From Candidatus Thermofontivivens primus (GTDB lineage: Bacteria > Sysuimicrobiota > Sysuimicrobiia > Sysuimicrobiales > Thermofontiviventaceae), in assembly GCA_031458695.1 (NCBI GenBank), contig JAVKJW010000021.1, positions 1 through 38,334 on the forward strand: DNA of 38,334 nucleotides. Reading direction: 5' to 3'. The notes below the pieces were generated by a model, which did not search any database, had not been told where the DNA came from, and saw nothing but the letters and a program-made list of their open reading frames with translations. A program made the translations under genes and the position numbers. Shown piece by piece: positions 26,815 to 35,348 of the stretch; within the stretch, counting starts at the first letter, position 1, and each line of letters opens with the position of its first letter.

Positions 26815-27343
26815 GGTACGCATCAGCGGCTTCGGAGGACAAGGGATCATCCTCGCCGGATACATCCTGGGGAAAGCAGCCGCAGTGTACGACAACAAGG
26901 AGGCGACCCTTGTCCAGTCGTACGGGCCGGAAGCGCGAGGGGGTGCAGCAAGCGCTGAAGTCGTCATCGACGAAGAGCCTGTGGATTACCCCCATATCGA
27001 GGCGGCCGACATCCTCGTCCTCATGTCCGCAGAGGCCTACCGCACCTATGGGAAATCGCTCCGCCCCGGTGGCACGCTGATCGTGGAGGAAGATCTCGTC
27101 CCCTTAGAGGAGGGACAGAAGGCGATCAAGGTCCCTGCCACGCGCCTCGCGGAGGAGCTGGGACGGCGCATCGTGGCGAACATCGTCATGCTCGGTGCCC
27201 TCGTGGCCGCGACGGGGATCGTGAGCAAGGAGGCCATCGTAGAGTCTGTGCGGACCTCTGTACCGCCTCGCACTGTGGACCTGAACCTCAGGGCCCTTGA
27301 GCGAGGGTACGAATATGTGAAGGAGAAGGTCAGGGTGCTATGA
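26804..27343 (+). CDS. korC: 2-oxoacid:ferredoxin oxidoreductase gamma subunit
   Basis: GFGGQG, SYGPEARGG, ANIVMLG; GTG 26804. Confidence 0.92.
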   Translation: MRREVRISGFGGQGIILAGYILGKAAAVYDNKEATLVQSYGPEARGGAASAEVVIDEEPVDYPHIEAADILVLMSAEAYRTYGKSLRPGGTLIVEEDLVPLEEGQKAIKVPATRLAEELGRRIVANIVMLGALVAATGIVSKEAIVESVRTSVPPRTVDLNLRALERGYEYVKEKVRVL

Positions 27344-30300
27344 GTGATCGGGTTCTTGTGATTGGTGGGGGAATCGCTGGGATCCAGGCCTCCCTGGATC
27401 TCGCGAAGGCGGGGGTCAAGGTGGTGCTCGTGGAACGGGCCCCCACGATCGGAGGGAAAATGTCCGTCCTGGACAAGAACTTCCCGACCTTGGACTGCTC
27501 CATCTGCATCGAGGCTCCGAAGATGTCGGAGGTGGAGCAGAATCCCAATATCGAGATCCTGGCCCCCGCGGAGGTGGAACGCGTGGAGGGGGAGGCGGGG
27601 GCGTTTCGGGTGACCATCCGCCAGAAATCCCGGTTCGTGACCGATGAGTGTACGCGATGCGACCTCTGTACCCAGGCCTGCCCTGTGGTCCTTCCCAACG
27701 AGTTCACCGCCTCCATGGAGGTGCGCAAGGCGATCTATACGCCCATTCCCCAGGCGGTACCCGGGGCGTACATCATCGACATTGATAACTGCCTCAACGA
27801 CCCTCCTAACTACATCCCCTGCCAGCGGTGTGTGGAGGCCTGTCCTCCCAAGTGTATCAACTTCCTCATGCCCCGAACGCGCCAGGTCGTGCGCGATGTG
27901 GGCGCGATCATCGTGGCAGCTGGGTACGAGCTGTTCGACCCCAGTGTGATGCGTGCCTATGGGTACGGGACCCATCCGGACATCCTCACCTCCTTGGAGT
28001 TTGAGCGCCTCCTCACCTCGGCCGGACCTACGGGAGGGGAGATCATCAAGCCCTCCAACGGGGAACATCCTCATAACCTCCTGTTCGTCCTGTGCGTGGG
28101 CTCTCGGGACAAGCGCTTCTACCCATACTGCTCGCGCTTCTGCTGCATGTACTCCATCAAGCACGCCTTCCAGGCCATTGACCACGGCGTGAAAGACGTA
28201 TCCGTGCTGTACATGGATGTTCGCGCCTATGGCAAGGGCTTTGACGCCTTCTGGCAGAGGACCCAGAACGAGGGGGCCCGGTTCATCCGTGGGAGACCTT
28301 CCTCCATTACCCCGGACGGGAACAGCCTGCGCGTCCGTTACGAGGACACCCTCGCGGGCGAGATCCGGGAAGAGAACTACGACATGGTGGTCCTCGCCCC
28401 AGCGGTGCGACCGCCCGAAGGGCTGGCCGATCTGGCTCGGGTCCTGGGGATCGAGCTGGACTCTGACGGGTTCATCAAGGCAGCAGAGCATCGCGGGGGT
28501 CTGATCCTGACCACGAGACCTGGGATCTATGTCGCGGGGTGCGCGGGTGGACCGAAGGATATCCCGGACAGTGTCGCCGAGGCAGGGGCGGCGGCCTCTG
28601 CAGCTCTCACCCACGTGACCACCAGGAGCTGGCCCGAGGAAGCTCACGTGGAGCCAGTTGTGGACATCGACAAACCAAGGGTCGGCGTGTTCGTCTGCCA
28701 CTGCGGCAGCAACATCGCTGGGGTTGTAGACGTCAAGAAAGTGGTGGAGTTCGCCTATACCCTCCCCGATGTGGTCTGGGCACAGGACCAGATGTTCAGC
28801 TGCGCAGGCGTCCCCCAGCAGGAGATCGCCCAGACCATTCGAGAGAAAGGGGTCAACCGCGTCGTGGTGGCAGCTTGCTCCCCTAAGACCCACGAGGGGA
28901 CATTCCGCGGCGTCCTCGTGCGTGCCGGCCTGAACCCGTACCTCCTGGAGATGGTGAACCTCCGGAACCAGGACTCCTGGGTGCATAAGGATTTCCGGGA
29001 GGAGGCCACCGAGAAGGCCAAAGACATGGTGCGCATGGGGGTGGAGAAGGCGAGAAGGCTCCAACCGCTTGAACCGCGGCCACAGCCGGTCATCCAGAAG
29101 GCGCTGGTCATCGGCGGGGGCATTGCGGGGATGACGGCGGCGGCGAACCTCGCCCGTCAAGGGTTCGAGACGCATCTAGTGGAGCGGGAGCAGGAGTTGG
29201 GAGGGATCTTGCGCTTCCTGGATGAGCTGTGGCCTTCTGGAATCCCTGCCCGTGAGGTCCTGGAACGGGCCAAGGAGGATGTGGAGAAAGCCGGCGTCCA
29301 CGTTCACCTCGGCGCGGAGGTCGAGATCATCGGCGGATATGTCGGGAACTTCTTCGCGCGGCTCACCACAGGGGAAGAGCTGCGGGTCGGGGCGATTGTT
29401 ATCGCCACTGGGGCGGATCCTTACGTTCCGAAGGAGTTCAACTACGGTGTAGACCCGCGCGTCATCACCAACCTTGAGCTGGAGCAGGTCATCGACCAAG
29501 TGGACGCCCAGAGGATCACGTTCATCTCCTGCGTGGGATCGCGCCAAGGGCCGATGGGATGCTCCCGCTACTGCTGCGCCTCCATGATTGGGCAGGCCTT
29601 GCGCTTGAGGAGGAGGGGCAAGCACGTCCGTATCCTTTCCAAGGACATCCGCACCTACAGCCGCCAGGCGGAGGAGCTGTACGAGCAGGCGATGCGAGAG
29701 GGAGTGGTGTTCCTCCGCTACCAGAGTGATCTCCCTCCACATGAGGCCATCCACTACGAGAACGGGATGATCAGCGTCCGCGACGAGCTGTCCGGGAACT
29801 TGGTCCACCTCCCGACCGATCTCCTCGTCCTGGTTACGGGCCTCCGGCCGAGGAAGGAGAACCTCACTGAGCAGCTCAAGCTCGCCCACAGTGAGGATGG
29901 GTTCTTCCTTGAGCTCCACCCTAAGCTTGGCCCAGCGGAGACGGCGGTCCAGGGTGTTTACCTGGGTGGAACGGCACAGGCGCCAAAGGATGTCCGCGAC
30001 AGCGTGAGCCAAGCCCTTGCTGCCGCTGCGAAGGCGGGAGGGTTGCTCGCCCGTGGGGTTATCGAGAAGGAGCCACTCACGGCGGTCGTCGATCCCGACA
30101 AGTGCATCGGATGCATGCTCTGTGTCTCCGCCTGTCCTTTCGGGGCCATCGAGATGCTCGGGAAGGTCAGGGAGGGGAAGGTACGGATCATCGAGGCCGC
30201 CTGTCAGGGATGCGGTACCTGCGCGGCCACCTGCAACTACGATGCCATCACCATGCCCTCCTTCACAAAGGAGCAGATCCTGGCGCAAATCGACGCGGCG

Positions 30301-30741
30301 CTGGCGGAGCGGCCGCAGGAGAAGGTTATCGTCTTCGCCTGCAACTGGTGCTCCTATGCCGGTGCAGACCAGGCGGGCATCGAGAAGCTCCAGTACCCGC
30401 CCTCGGCCCGGATCATCCGCACCATGTGCTCGGCCCGGGTGGAGCAGGACTTCGTGGCCCGTGCCTTCGAGAAAGGAGCAGGGGCGGTGTTGATCACAGG
30501 GTGCCGCCTGACGGAGCAGGGCTCGGACTGCCACTACAACTACGCCAACCGCCAGACGGCCAAGCGGTTTGAGCTCTGGAAGAAGAAGTTCGTCCGCCAG
30601 GGGATCGCCCCGGAGCGGTTCCAGCTCCAGTGGATTTCCGCATCGGAAGGGAAACTCTTTGCTAGTAAGATGGCTGAGATGCACCGGGTCGTACAGGAGT
30701 ACTGCCGACAGCTTGCAGCCGTACAAAGGAGTGACGCATGA
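27340..30741 (+). CDS. hdrA: HdrA-like double-FAD Fe-S flavoprotein fused to MvhD
   Basis: Two VIGGGIAG FAD sites; DKNFPTLDC; two CVGSR..CSR.CC; GVFVCHCG; ferredoxin motifs; C-terminal FACNWCSYAGAD..MCSAR..GC..DCHY. Confidence 0.93.
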   Translation: MSDRVLVIGGGIAGIQASLDLAKAGVKVVLVERAPTIGGKMSVLDKNFPTLDCSICIEAPKMSEVEQNPNIEILAPAEVERVEGEAGAFRVTIRQKSRFVTDECTRCDLCTQACPVVLPNEFTASMEVRKAIYTPIPQAVPGAYIIDIDNCLNDPPNYIPCQRCVEACPPKCINFLMPRTRQVVRDVGAIIVAAGYELFDPSVMRAYGYGTHPDILTSLEFERLLTSAGPTGGEIIKPSNGEHPHNLLFVLCVGSRDKRFYPYCSRFCCMYSIKHAFQAIDHGVKDVSVLYMDVRAYGKGFDAFWQRTQNEGARFIRGRPSSITPDGNSLRVRYEDTLAGEIREENYDMVVLAPAVRPPEGLADLARVLGIELDSDGFIKAAEHRGGLILTTRPGIYVAGCAGGPKDIPDSVAEAGAAASAALTHVTTRSWPEEAHVEPVVDIDKPRVGVFVCHCGSNIAGVVDVKKVVEFAYTLPDVVWAQDQMFSCAGVPQQEIAQTIREKGVNRVVVAACSPKTHEGTFRGVLVRAGLNPYLLEMVNLRNQDSWVHKDFREEATEKAKDMVRMGVEKARRLQPLEPRPQPVIQKALVIGGGIAGMTAAANLARQGFETHLVEREQELGGILRFLDELWPSGIPAREVLERAKEDVEKAGVHVHLGAEVEIIGGYVGNFFARLTTGEELRVGAIVIATGADPYVPKEFNYGVDPRVITNLELEQVIDQVDAQRITFISCVGSRQGPMGCSRYCCASMIGQALRLRRRGKHVRILSKDIRTYSRQAEELYEQAMREGVVFLRYQSDLPPHEAIHYENGMISVRDELSGNLVHLPTDLLVLVTGLRPRKENLTEQLKLAHSEDGFFLELHPKLGPAETAVQGVYLGGTAQAPKDVRDSVSQALAAAAKAGGLLARGVIEKEPLTAVVDPDKCIGCMLCVSACPFGAIEMLGKVREGKVRIIEAACQGCGTCAATCNYDAITMPSFTKEQILAQIDAALAERPQEKVIVFACNWCSYAGADQAGIEKLQYPPSARIIRTMCSARVEQDFVARAFEKGAGAVLITGCRLTEQGSDCHYNYANRQTAKRFELWKKKFVRQGIAPERFQLQWISASEGKLFASKMAEMHRVVQEYCRQLAAVQRSDA

Positions 30742-30825
30742 CCCGAATCCCACGGGCTTGGGGATGTCGGGGGCCCCACAGATTTGCACAGGCAGATGTG
30801 TGGGGTAGAGAGGAGGTACCTGTCC

Positions 30826-31980
30826 ATGGGAGCGATGGCTGAGGTCACCTTCGATGATGCCACATGGGAACGGCTCTTCCAGATCACAGGTGGCGTCTTC
30901 GCTCCCTGCTTCAGTTGCGGCGTATGCACGGCCTCGTGCCCCTGGGGGCTCGTAGGAGAAGGGAAGGTGCGTATTCGGGATCTGGTCCGGAGGATCCAGC
31001 TGGGCCTCGATCCGGATTCCGAGGAAAGTCTGTGGTTGTGCACCACCTGCGCAGCGTGCGTGGCCAGCTGCCCGCGCGGGGTAGATATCCCTGAAGGATT
31101 CCTTGCCCTGCGGTCCCAGGCCTGGCGGGAAGGTAAGGTCCCACGAAATCTGCACGCCGTGCTGTGGGCCGTCCACTGGGACGCCAACCCCTACCGTCGG
31201 CCACCCACGCATAGGCCGTTGTGGGCTAAGGGGCTAGAGGTGAAGGAGTTCACCCCAGATGACGAGGTTCTGTACTATGTGGGATGCACCCCGTCCTACG
31301 ACCGGCGCATCCAGAAAGTGGCGAGGAGCTTGGTGGAGATCCTGAAACGGAGCGGCGTCTCCTTCGGCACCCTCGGGGAGCGGGAGCGGTGTTGTGGGGA
31401 CAGCATCCGTTCCTTCGGGCACGATGCCTACCTTCGGCGGTACGTGGAGGGACACGCCAAGCTGTTTGCCGAGGTAGGGGCGAAGACGGTGGTCACCACC
31501 TCCCCCCATTGCTACGATATGTTCCGGCGCTATTACCCTGACCTCAGCGGGGGCTTCCAGCCGCTCCACTACACGGAGTATCTCGCACGTCTCCTCGAAG
31601 AAGGACGCCTGCGGTTTACGCGGGAAGTGCCCGTACGCGTCACCTACCACGACCCGTGTTACCTGGGGCGGAGGAACGGAGTGTACGAGGAGCCTCGCAA
31701 GCTCCTGCAGGCAATCCCAGGGGTGGAGCTCGTGGAGATGCGCGAGAACCGGGAGCAGGCCCTCTGTTGTGGCGGTGGGGGCGGGAGGATGTGGATGGAG
31801 ACAAAGCCCGAGGAGCGGTTCAGTAACCTGCGGGTCCAGCAGGCGGCGGAGACCGGGGCAGAGCTCCTGGTCACTGCCTGTCCGCATTGCATCACCTGTT
31901 TGGAGGATAGCCTCAAGGTGGTGGGGATCTCAGGGCTTCGGGTGGTCGATGTCGCAGAGATCGTCGCGCAGGCAATGTAG
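30826..31980 (+). CDS. soluble HdrD/GlpC-like Fe-S oxidoreductase (2x[4Fe-4S] plus two CCG domains)
   Basis: CFSCGVCTASCP, CTTCAACVASCP; YVGC..CCG..SPHC; YHDPC..CCGGGGG..ACPHC; AGGAGG before ATG 30826. Confidence 0.9.
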   Translation: MGAMAEVTFDDATWERLFQITGGVFAPCFSCGVCTASCPWGLVGEGKVRIRDLVRRIQLGLDPDSEESLWLCTTCAACVASCPRGVDIPEGFLALRSQAWREGKVPRNLHAVLWAVHWDANPYRRPPTHRPLWAKGLEVKEFTPDDEVLYYVGCTPSYDRRIQKVARSLVEILKRSGVSFGTLGERERCCGDSIRSFGHDAYLRRYVEGHAKLFAEVGAKTVVTTSPHCYDMFRRYYPDLSGGFQPLHYTEYLARLLEEGRLRFTREVPVRVTYHDPCYLGRRNGVYEEPRKLLQAIPGVELVEMRENREQALCCGGGGGRMWMETKPEERFSNLRVQQAAETGAELLVTACPHCITCLEDSLKVVGISGLRVVDVAEIVAQAM

Positions 31981-32009
31981 TGAGGAGTTAGGAGTGAGAA
32001 GTCAGGAGT
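31979..32009. repeat. heptamer tandem repeat
   Basis: AGTGAGG AGTTAGG AGTGAGA AGTCAGG AGT. Confidence 0.65.
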
Positions 32010-32071
32010 AAAGACAAGGAGCGGATCATAGGGAAGGCTTGGGCAAGAGGGAGAGGGGGCAGGGTTTCCAT

Positions 32072-33073
32072 ATGGTAGAGTCCCTCTATAAGCCGGAGGA
32101 GGCGAAGGGCCTCTGGGTTTACCTGGAGCAGACCGACGGGAAGCTAGAGGGCGTGGGATTGGAGCTCCTCGGGAAAGGGCGCGCGCTCGCGGACGCGCTT
32201 GGTGATAAGCTTACCGGCGTCCTCCTGGGGGATGGCGTGGAGCCCTTGGCGCGTGAGGCGATCAGCCACGGGGCAGATGAGGTCTTGGTTGTGGAGAACC
32301 CTCGCCTGGACGTTTACCGCACCGATACCTATACGAACGCCCTTTTCCATGTCGTTCGATCTCACAAACCCTCCATCTTCCTCCTCGGTGCCACCCCGAA
32401 CGGGAGAGATCTGGCTGCCCGCTTGGCTGCGAGGCTGCGCACAGGGCTCACAGCGGACTGTGTCGACCTGGGGATCGAGGAGGGGACGGGCCTTCTGCTG
32501 GGGATCACCGCAGGGTTTGGAGGAGGCATCCTGGCCACGATCAAGTGCCCGAACCACCGGCCCCAGATGGCCACAGTCCGGCCAGGGGTTTTCCCGCGTC
32601 CCGTTCCAGAGGCGAAGCGGAGGGGCAAAATCAGGCGCTTGGATGTGCCTGTCCAGGAAAGCGCAATCCAGGTCCTCGAGCGGAGGGTAGGGGCTGAGGC
32701 TGATCTCACCACAGCGAAGGTCCTGGTCATTGGGGGTGGGGGGACGCGTGGGGACTTCCGCCTCCTGAAGGAGCTGGCGGACCTCCTAGGCGGCCAGCTC
32801 GGGGCGACCAGGGTGGCCGTGGATGCTGGGTGGGCTCCCCGAGAGTGGCAGATCGGCCAGACGGGCTATGTGACACGCCCGAAGCTTGCCATTGTCTGCG
32901 GGGCGAGCGGAGCCATGCAATTCACAGTTGGGATCGAGGGAGCAGAAACTGTGGTAGCCATCAACATCGATGGGGAGGCCCCGATCTTCGAATACGCCGA
33001 CTATGGCATTGTCGACGATGTGTTTGCCTTCCTTCCCGCGTTGATCGAACAGATCCGTCGGTTGAAGCACTAA
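32072..33073 (+). CDS. etfA: electron transfer flavoprotein alpha subunit
   Basis: GRDLA.R.AARL.TGLTADC, RPQMATVRPG, QIGQTG, AINID.EAPIF..ADYGIV. Confidence 0.93.
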   Translation: MVESLYKPEEAKGLWVYLEQTDGKLEGVGLELLGKGRALADALGDKLTGVLLGDGVEPLAREAISHGADEVLVVENPRLDVYRTDTYTNALFHVVRSHKPSIFLLGATPNGRDLAARLAARLRTGLTADCVDLGIEEGTGLLLGITAGFGGGILATIKCPNHRPQMATVRPGVFPRPVPEAKRRGKIRRLDVPVQESAIQVLERRVGAEADLTTAKVLVIGGGGTRGDFRLLKELADLLGGQLGATRVAVDAGWAPREWQIGQTGYVTRPKLAIVCGASGAMQFTVGIEGAETVVAINIDGEAPIFEYADYGIVDDVFAFLPALIEQIRRLKH

Positions 33074-33084
33074 GTCGAGGGATG

Positions 33085-33111
33085 CCGTGGGATCCGTGTA
33101 ATCCATGCAAT
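33085..33111. repeat. short 9-bp tandem repeat
   Basis: CCGTGGGAT CCGTGTAAT CCATGCAAT. Confidence 0.4.
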
Positions 33112-33144
33112 ACGCCTGATCAACCCAATATGGGAGTGGAGAGG

Positions 33145-33951
33145 ATGGCAGGGCCGCGCATCATCGTGTGTATGAAGGTGGTTCCTAAACCGGAGGAGGT
33201 CCGCATCAACCCGGAGACGAAGACGCTGGACCGCGCGCGGGCGCGTTCCGAGATTAATCCCCCCGACCTCAACGCCCTGGAGGCCGCCCTCCAGTTGAAG
33301 GAGCAATGGAACGGCTGGGTGGGGGTCCTCTCCATGGGACCACCCTTCTTCGAGCCCTACCTCCGCCTCGCCCTGGCGATGGGGGCTGATGCGGCCTACC
33401 TCTTGAGCGACAGGGCCTTCGCGGGCGCGGACACCCTTGCCACGGCCTACACATTGGCAAAGGGCATCGCGCGCATTGGAAACTACGACCTGGTCCTTTG
33501 CGGCGAGGAGTCCTCGGATGGTGCCACAGGGCAAGTCCCCGCGCAAATCGGGGAGTGGCTGGGCATCCCTCAAGTAACCTATGCCTCCGCCATTGAACTC
33601 TGGCCAGAGGACAGGAAGGCAAAGATCCGGAGGGAGCTGGCAGGAGGCTACGAAGTTGTAGCGGTCCCCCTTCCCATTGTTGTGTCCGTCCGGGTCGGCA
33701 TAAACGAGCCGCGCTTCCTCGATCCGCTCCGCATGGATTGGGCGGACGACCTTCCCATCACCGTGTGGAGCGCGAAGGACCTTGAGGTGGACCCCGAACT
33801 CGTCGGGGTCGCAGGATCTCCCACCATTGTTGCAGGGATCAGCGAAGCTGGGACACGAGAGCGCAAGCGCGAGATCCTCGTGGGCACGCCAGAAGAAAAG
33901 GCCGCTGTTCTTGTGGATCGCCTCAAGGACCTCCTTCGGGAGTTCCTATAG
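33145..33951 (+). CDS. etfB: electron transfer flavoprotein beta subunit
   Basis: IIVCMKVVP, INP.D..ALE.AL, SMGPP, SDRAFAGADTLAT, DG.TGQV, GSPT; ATG 33145. Confidence 0.93.
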   Translation: MAGPRIIVCMKVVPKPEEVRINPETKTLDRARARSEINPPDLNALEAALQLKEQWNGWVGVLSMGPPFFEPYLRLALAMGADAAYLLSDRAFAGADTLATAYTLAKGIARIGNYDLVLCGEESSDGATGQVPAQIGEWLGIPQVTYASAIELWPEDRKAKIRRELAGGYEVVAVPLPIVVSVRVGINEPRFLDPLRMDWADDLPITVWSAKDLEVDPELVGVAGSPTIVAGISEAGTRERKREILVGTPEEKAAVLVDRLKDLLREFL

Positions 33952-33961
33952 CACCGAGGCT

Positions 33962-34003
33962 AGGAAAGAAAAGAAGGCGGGATCCCGCCTTCTTTTCTTT
34001 CCT
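33962..34003. terminator. bidirectional intrinsic terminator (perfect 42-bp palindrome)
   Basis: AGGAAAGAAAAGAAGGCGGGA / TCCCGCCTTCTTTTCTTTCCT between convergent genes. Confidence 0.85.
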
Positions 34004-34034
34004 TACCCCCGATCACAAAGACCGCAATCGGAGT

Positions 34035-34211
34035 TCAGTCCCCCTCGCCGAAATCGCGGTACTCAGGTGGCGCCCACTCCTCCTGGAGCCGGTAGAGCTC
34101 GCTGAGGCATCGCCAGCAGAGGCAACGGTAGCCGAAAGGCCACCTGTCCGGGGTCTCTTCAAAGTGCGTCAGAGTTCCGCAACGTTCACACCACTGGATG
34201 ACGACAGCCAT
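34035..34211 (-). CDS. 58-aa Cys-rich microprotein (putative Zn finger)
   Basis: MAVVIQWCERCG..RCLCWRC..; GAGGAAGAGG SD before ATG 34211. Confidence 0.65.
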   Translation of the reverse strand: MAVVIQWCERCGTLTHFEETPDRWPFGYRCLCWRCLSELYRLQEEWAPPEYRDFGEGD

Positions 34212-34257
34212 CCTCTTCCTCCTCTCAGGTATTGGGTCCCCGGATATCCCCACTCAT

Positions 34258-34302
34258 AGTCTACCCATTCCCGCACAAGGATGCATGAGCCAATTGGTCT
34301 AT
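34258..34302 (-). promoter_or_regulatory. 18-bp box, copy 3, plus -10 element
   Basis: minus strand ATAGACCAATTGGCTCAT (34302-34285), 21 nt, TAGACT (34263-34258). Confidence 0.7.
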
Positions 34303-34406
34303 TCGCGCAACGCACGAGGAAGCCTCAGCAAGCTCTGAGGGGGTTCGGAGGAAGACATGGAGCTCGTGGGTGTTGGTTGTCATAGGTTGTGTGGTTCCCC
34401 ACCGAA

Positions 34407-35342
34407 CTACTGCGTACGGAAGTCGTGACAGGTATTGCAGAGGGTGGGGGCATAGTGGGCCGCCTTATCGGTGTGGCAGCTCTGGCAGGTCTTGCGGCTC
34501 TGCAAAGTCCACGCGTGGGGCTGGTGGCATGTGGTGCAGGAGGTGACTGCGTGGACCTGTTGGGTATGCAGGCCGGCCTTCAAGGCGTCCTGGTGACAAG
34601 AAGCACAGTTGACCACTGGTTGCGCCTTCTCGTGGGGCTTGTGACAGTCCCCACAGGCGAACTGCATGGGAGCCTTCGCTGGCCATCCCACAGTGCGCTT
34701 AGGCGGGATCGCTTGGTGGCACTCCAAGCAGGTCTGGCGCACGGGGCGGAGAGGGCTGCCTTCCCGGAGGTAGTTGTGGCACTGGAGGCAGTGGAACTCA
34801 GACATTTCCTTGATCTTTACCGCCTTCTCCCCGATTGCTTGGGCCTCATGGCAGACGGCGCAGATCTGGGACGGTGGTTTGAACCGGTGGATGGTTACCG
34901 AGTGGCACTTGGTGCAGGCGATGTTCTGGCGTTCTACATGGACCTTATGGCCTGCGGTCTCGGCGACCTGTTTCCACTGCGGGTTCCCGCTCTCGTGGCA
35001 GCGGGCGCAGGCTTCATCGGGGACAAAGGCGTGCTTGGAAACCCGTTCTGGGCGCTTGAGGGCGAACAGGATCACTTGCTCGGCGCTGGCGAGGATGCTC
35101 TGCTCGTGACAGTTGTGGCAGGAAACGGTCCTGTGCTCACTCGTCTTCCAGCGGTCCCAGGCCTCCTCCATGGTGTGGCAGGAGCGGCAGAAGCTTGGGT
35201 CGTTCATGGTATAGTCGTAAGCCCGGTAACCTCCGAAGACGGCCACGGTGGTGAGGAGAACAATGAGGAGCCCAAGCACGACCAGAACCGGACGGGGGAG
35301 GCTTCGGATTTTGACGAACCAGCTACGGATTCTCCTGCGCAT
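34407..35342 (-). CDS. membrane-anchored 12-heme c-type cytochrome with NapC/NrfH-like N-terminus
   Basis: N-terminal TM; 12 CxxCH motifs counted; first is FCRSCHTM. Confidence 0.92.
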   Translation of the reverse strand: MRRRIRSWFVKIRSLPRPVLVVLGLLIVLLTTVAVFGGYRAYDYTMNDPSFCRSCHTMEEAWDRWKTSEHRTVSCHNCHEQSILASAEQVILFALKRPERVSKHAFVPDEACARCHESGNPQWKQVAETAGHKVHVERQNIACTKCHSVTIHRFKPPSQICAVCHEAQAIGEKAVKIKEMSEFHCLQCHNYLREGSPLRPVRQTCLECHQAIPPKRTVGWPAKAPMQFACGDCHKPHEKAQPVVNCASCHQDALKAGLHTQQVHAVTSCTTCHQPHAWTLQSRKTCQSCHTDKAAHYAPTLCNTCHDFRTQ

Positions 35343-35348
35343 GGCGAT

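Noticed and set aside
27046..31212. Long antisense ORFs (709 and 678 aa) and similar shadows, e.g. 5678-6742, 16447-17364, 34389-35558
   Set aside because: They mirror well-supported genes; expected from GC-rich codon bias; no motifs.
27340..31980. Selenocysteine recoding in HdrA/MvhD or the HdrD-like protein
   Set aside because: Both ORFs are uninterrupted, with Cys (or Asp/Ser) at the motif positions; no in-frame TGA.
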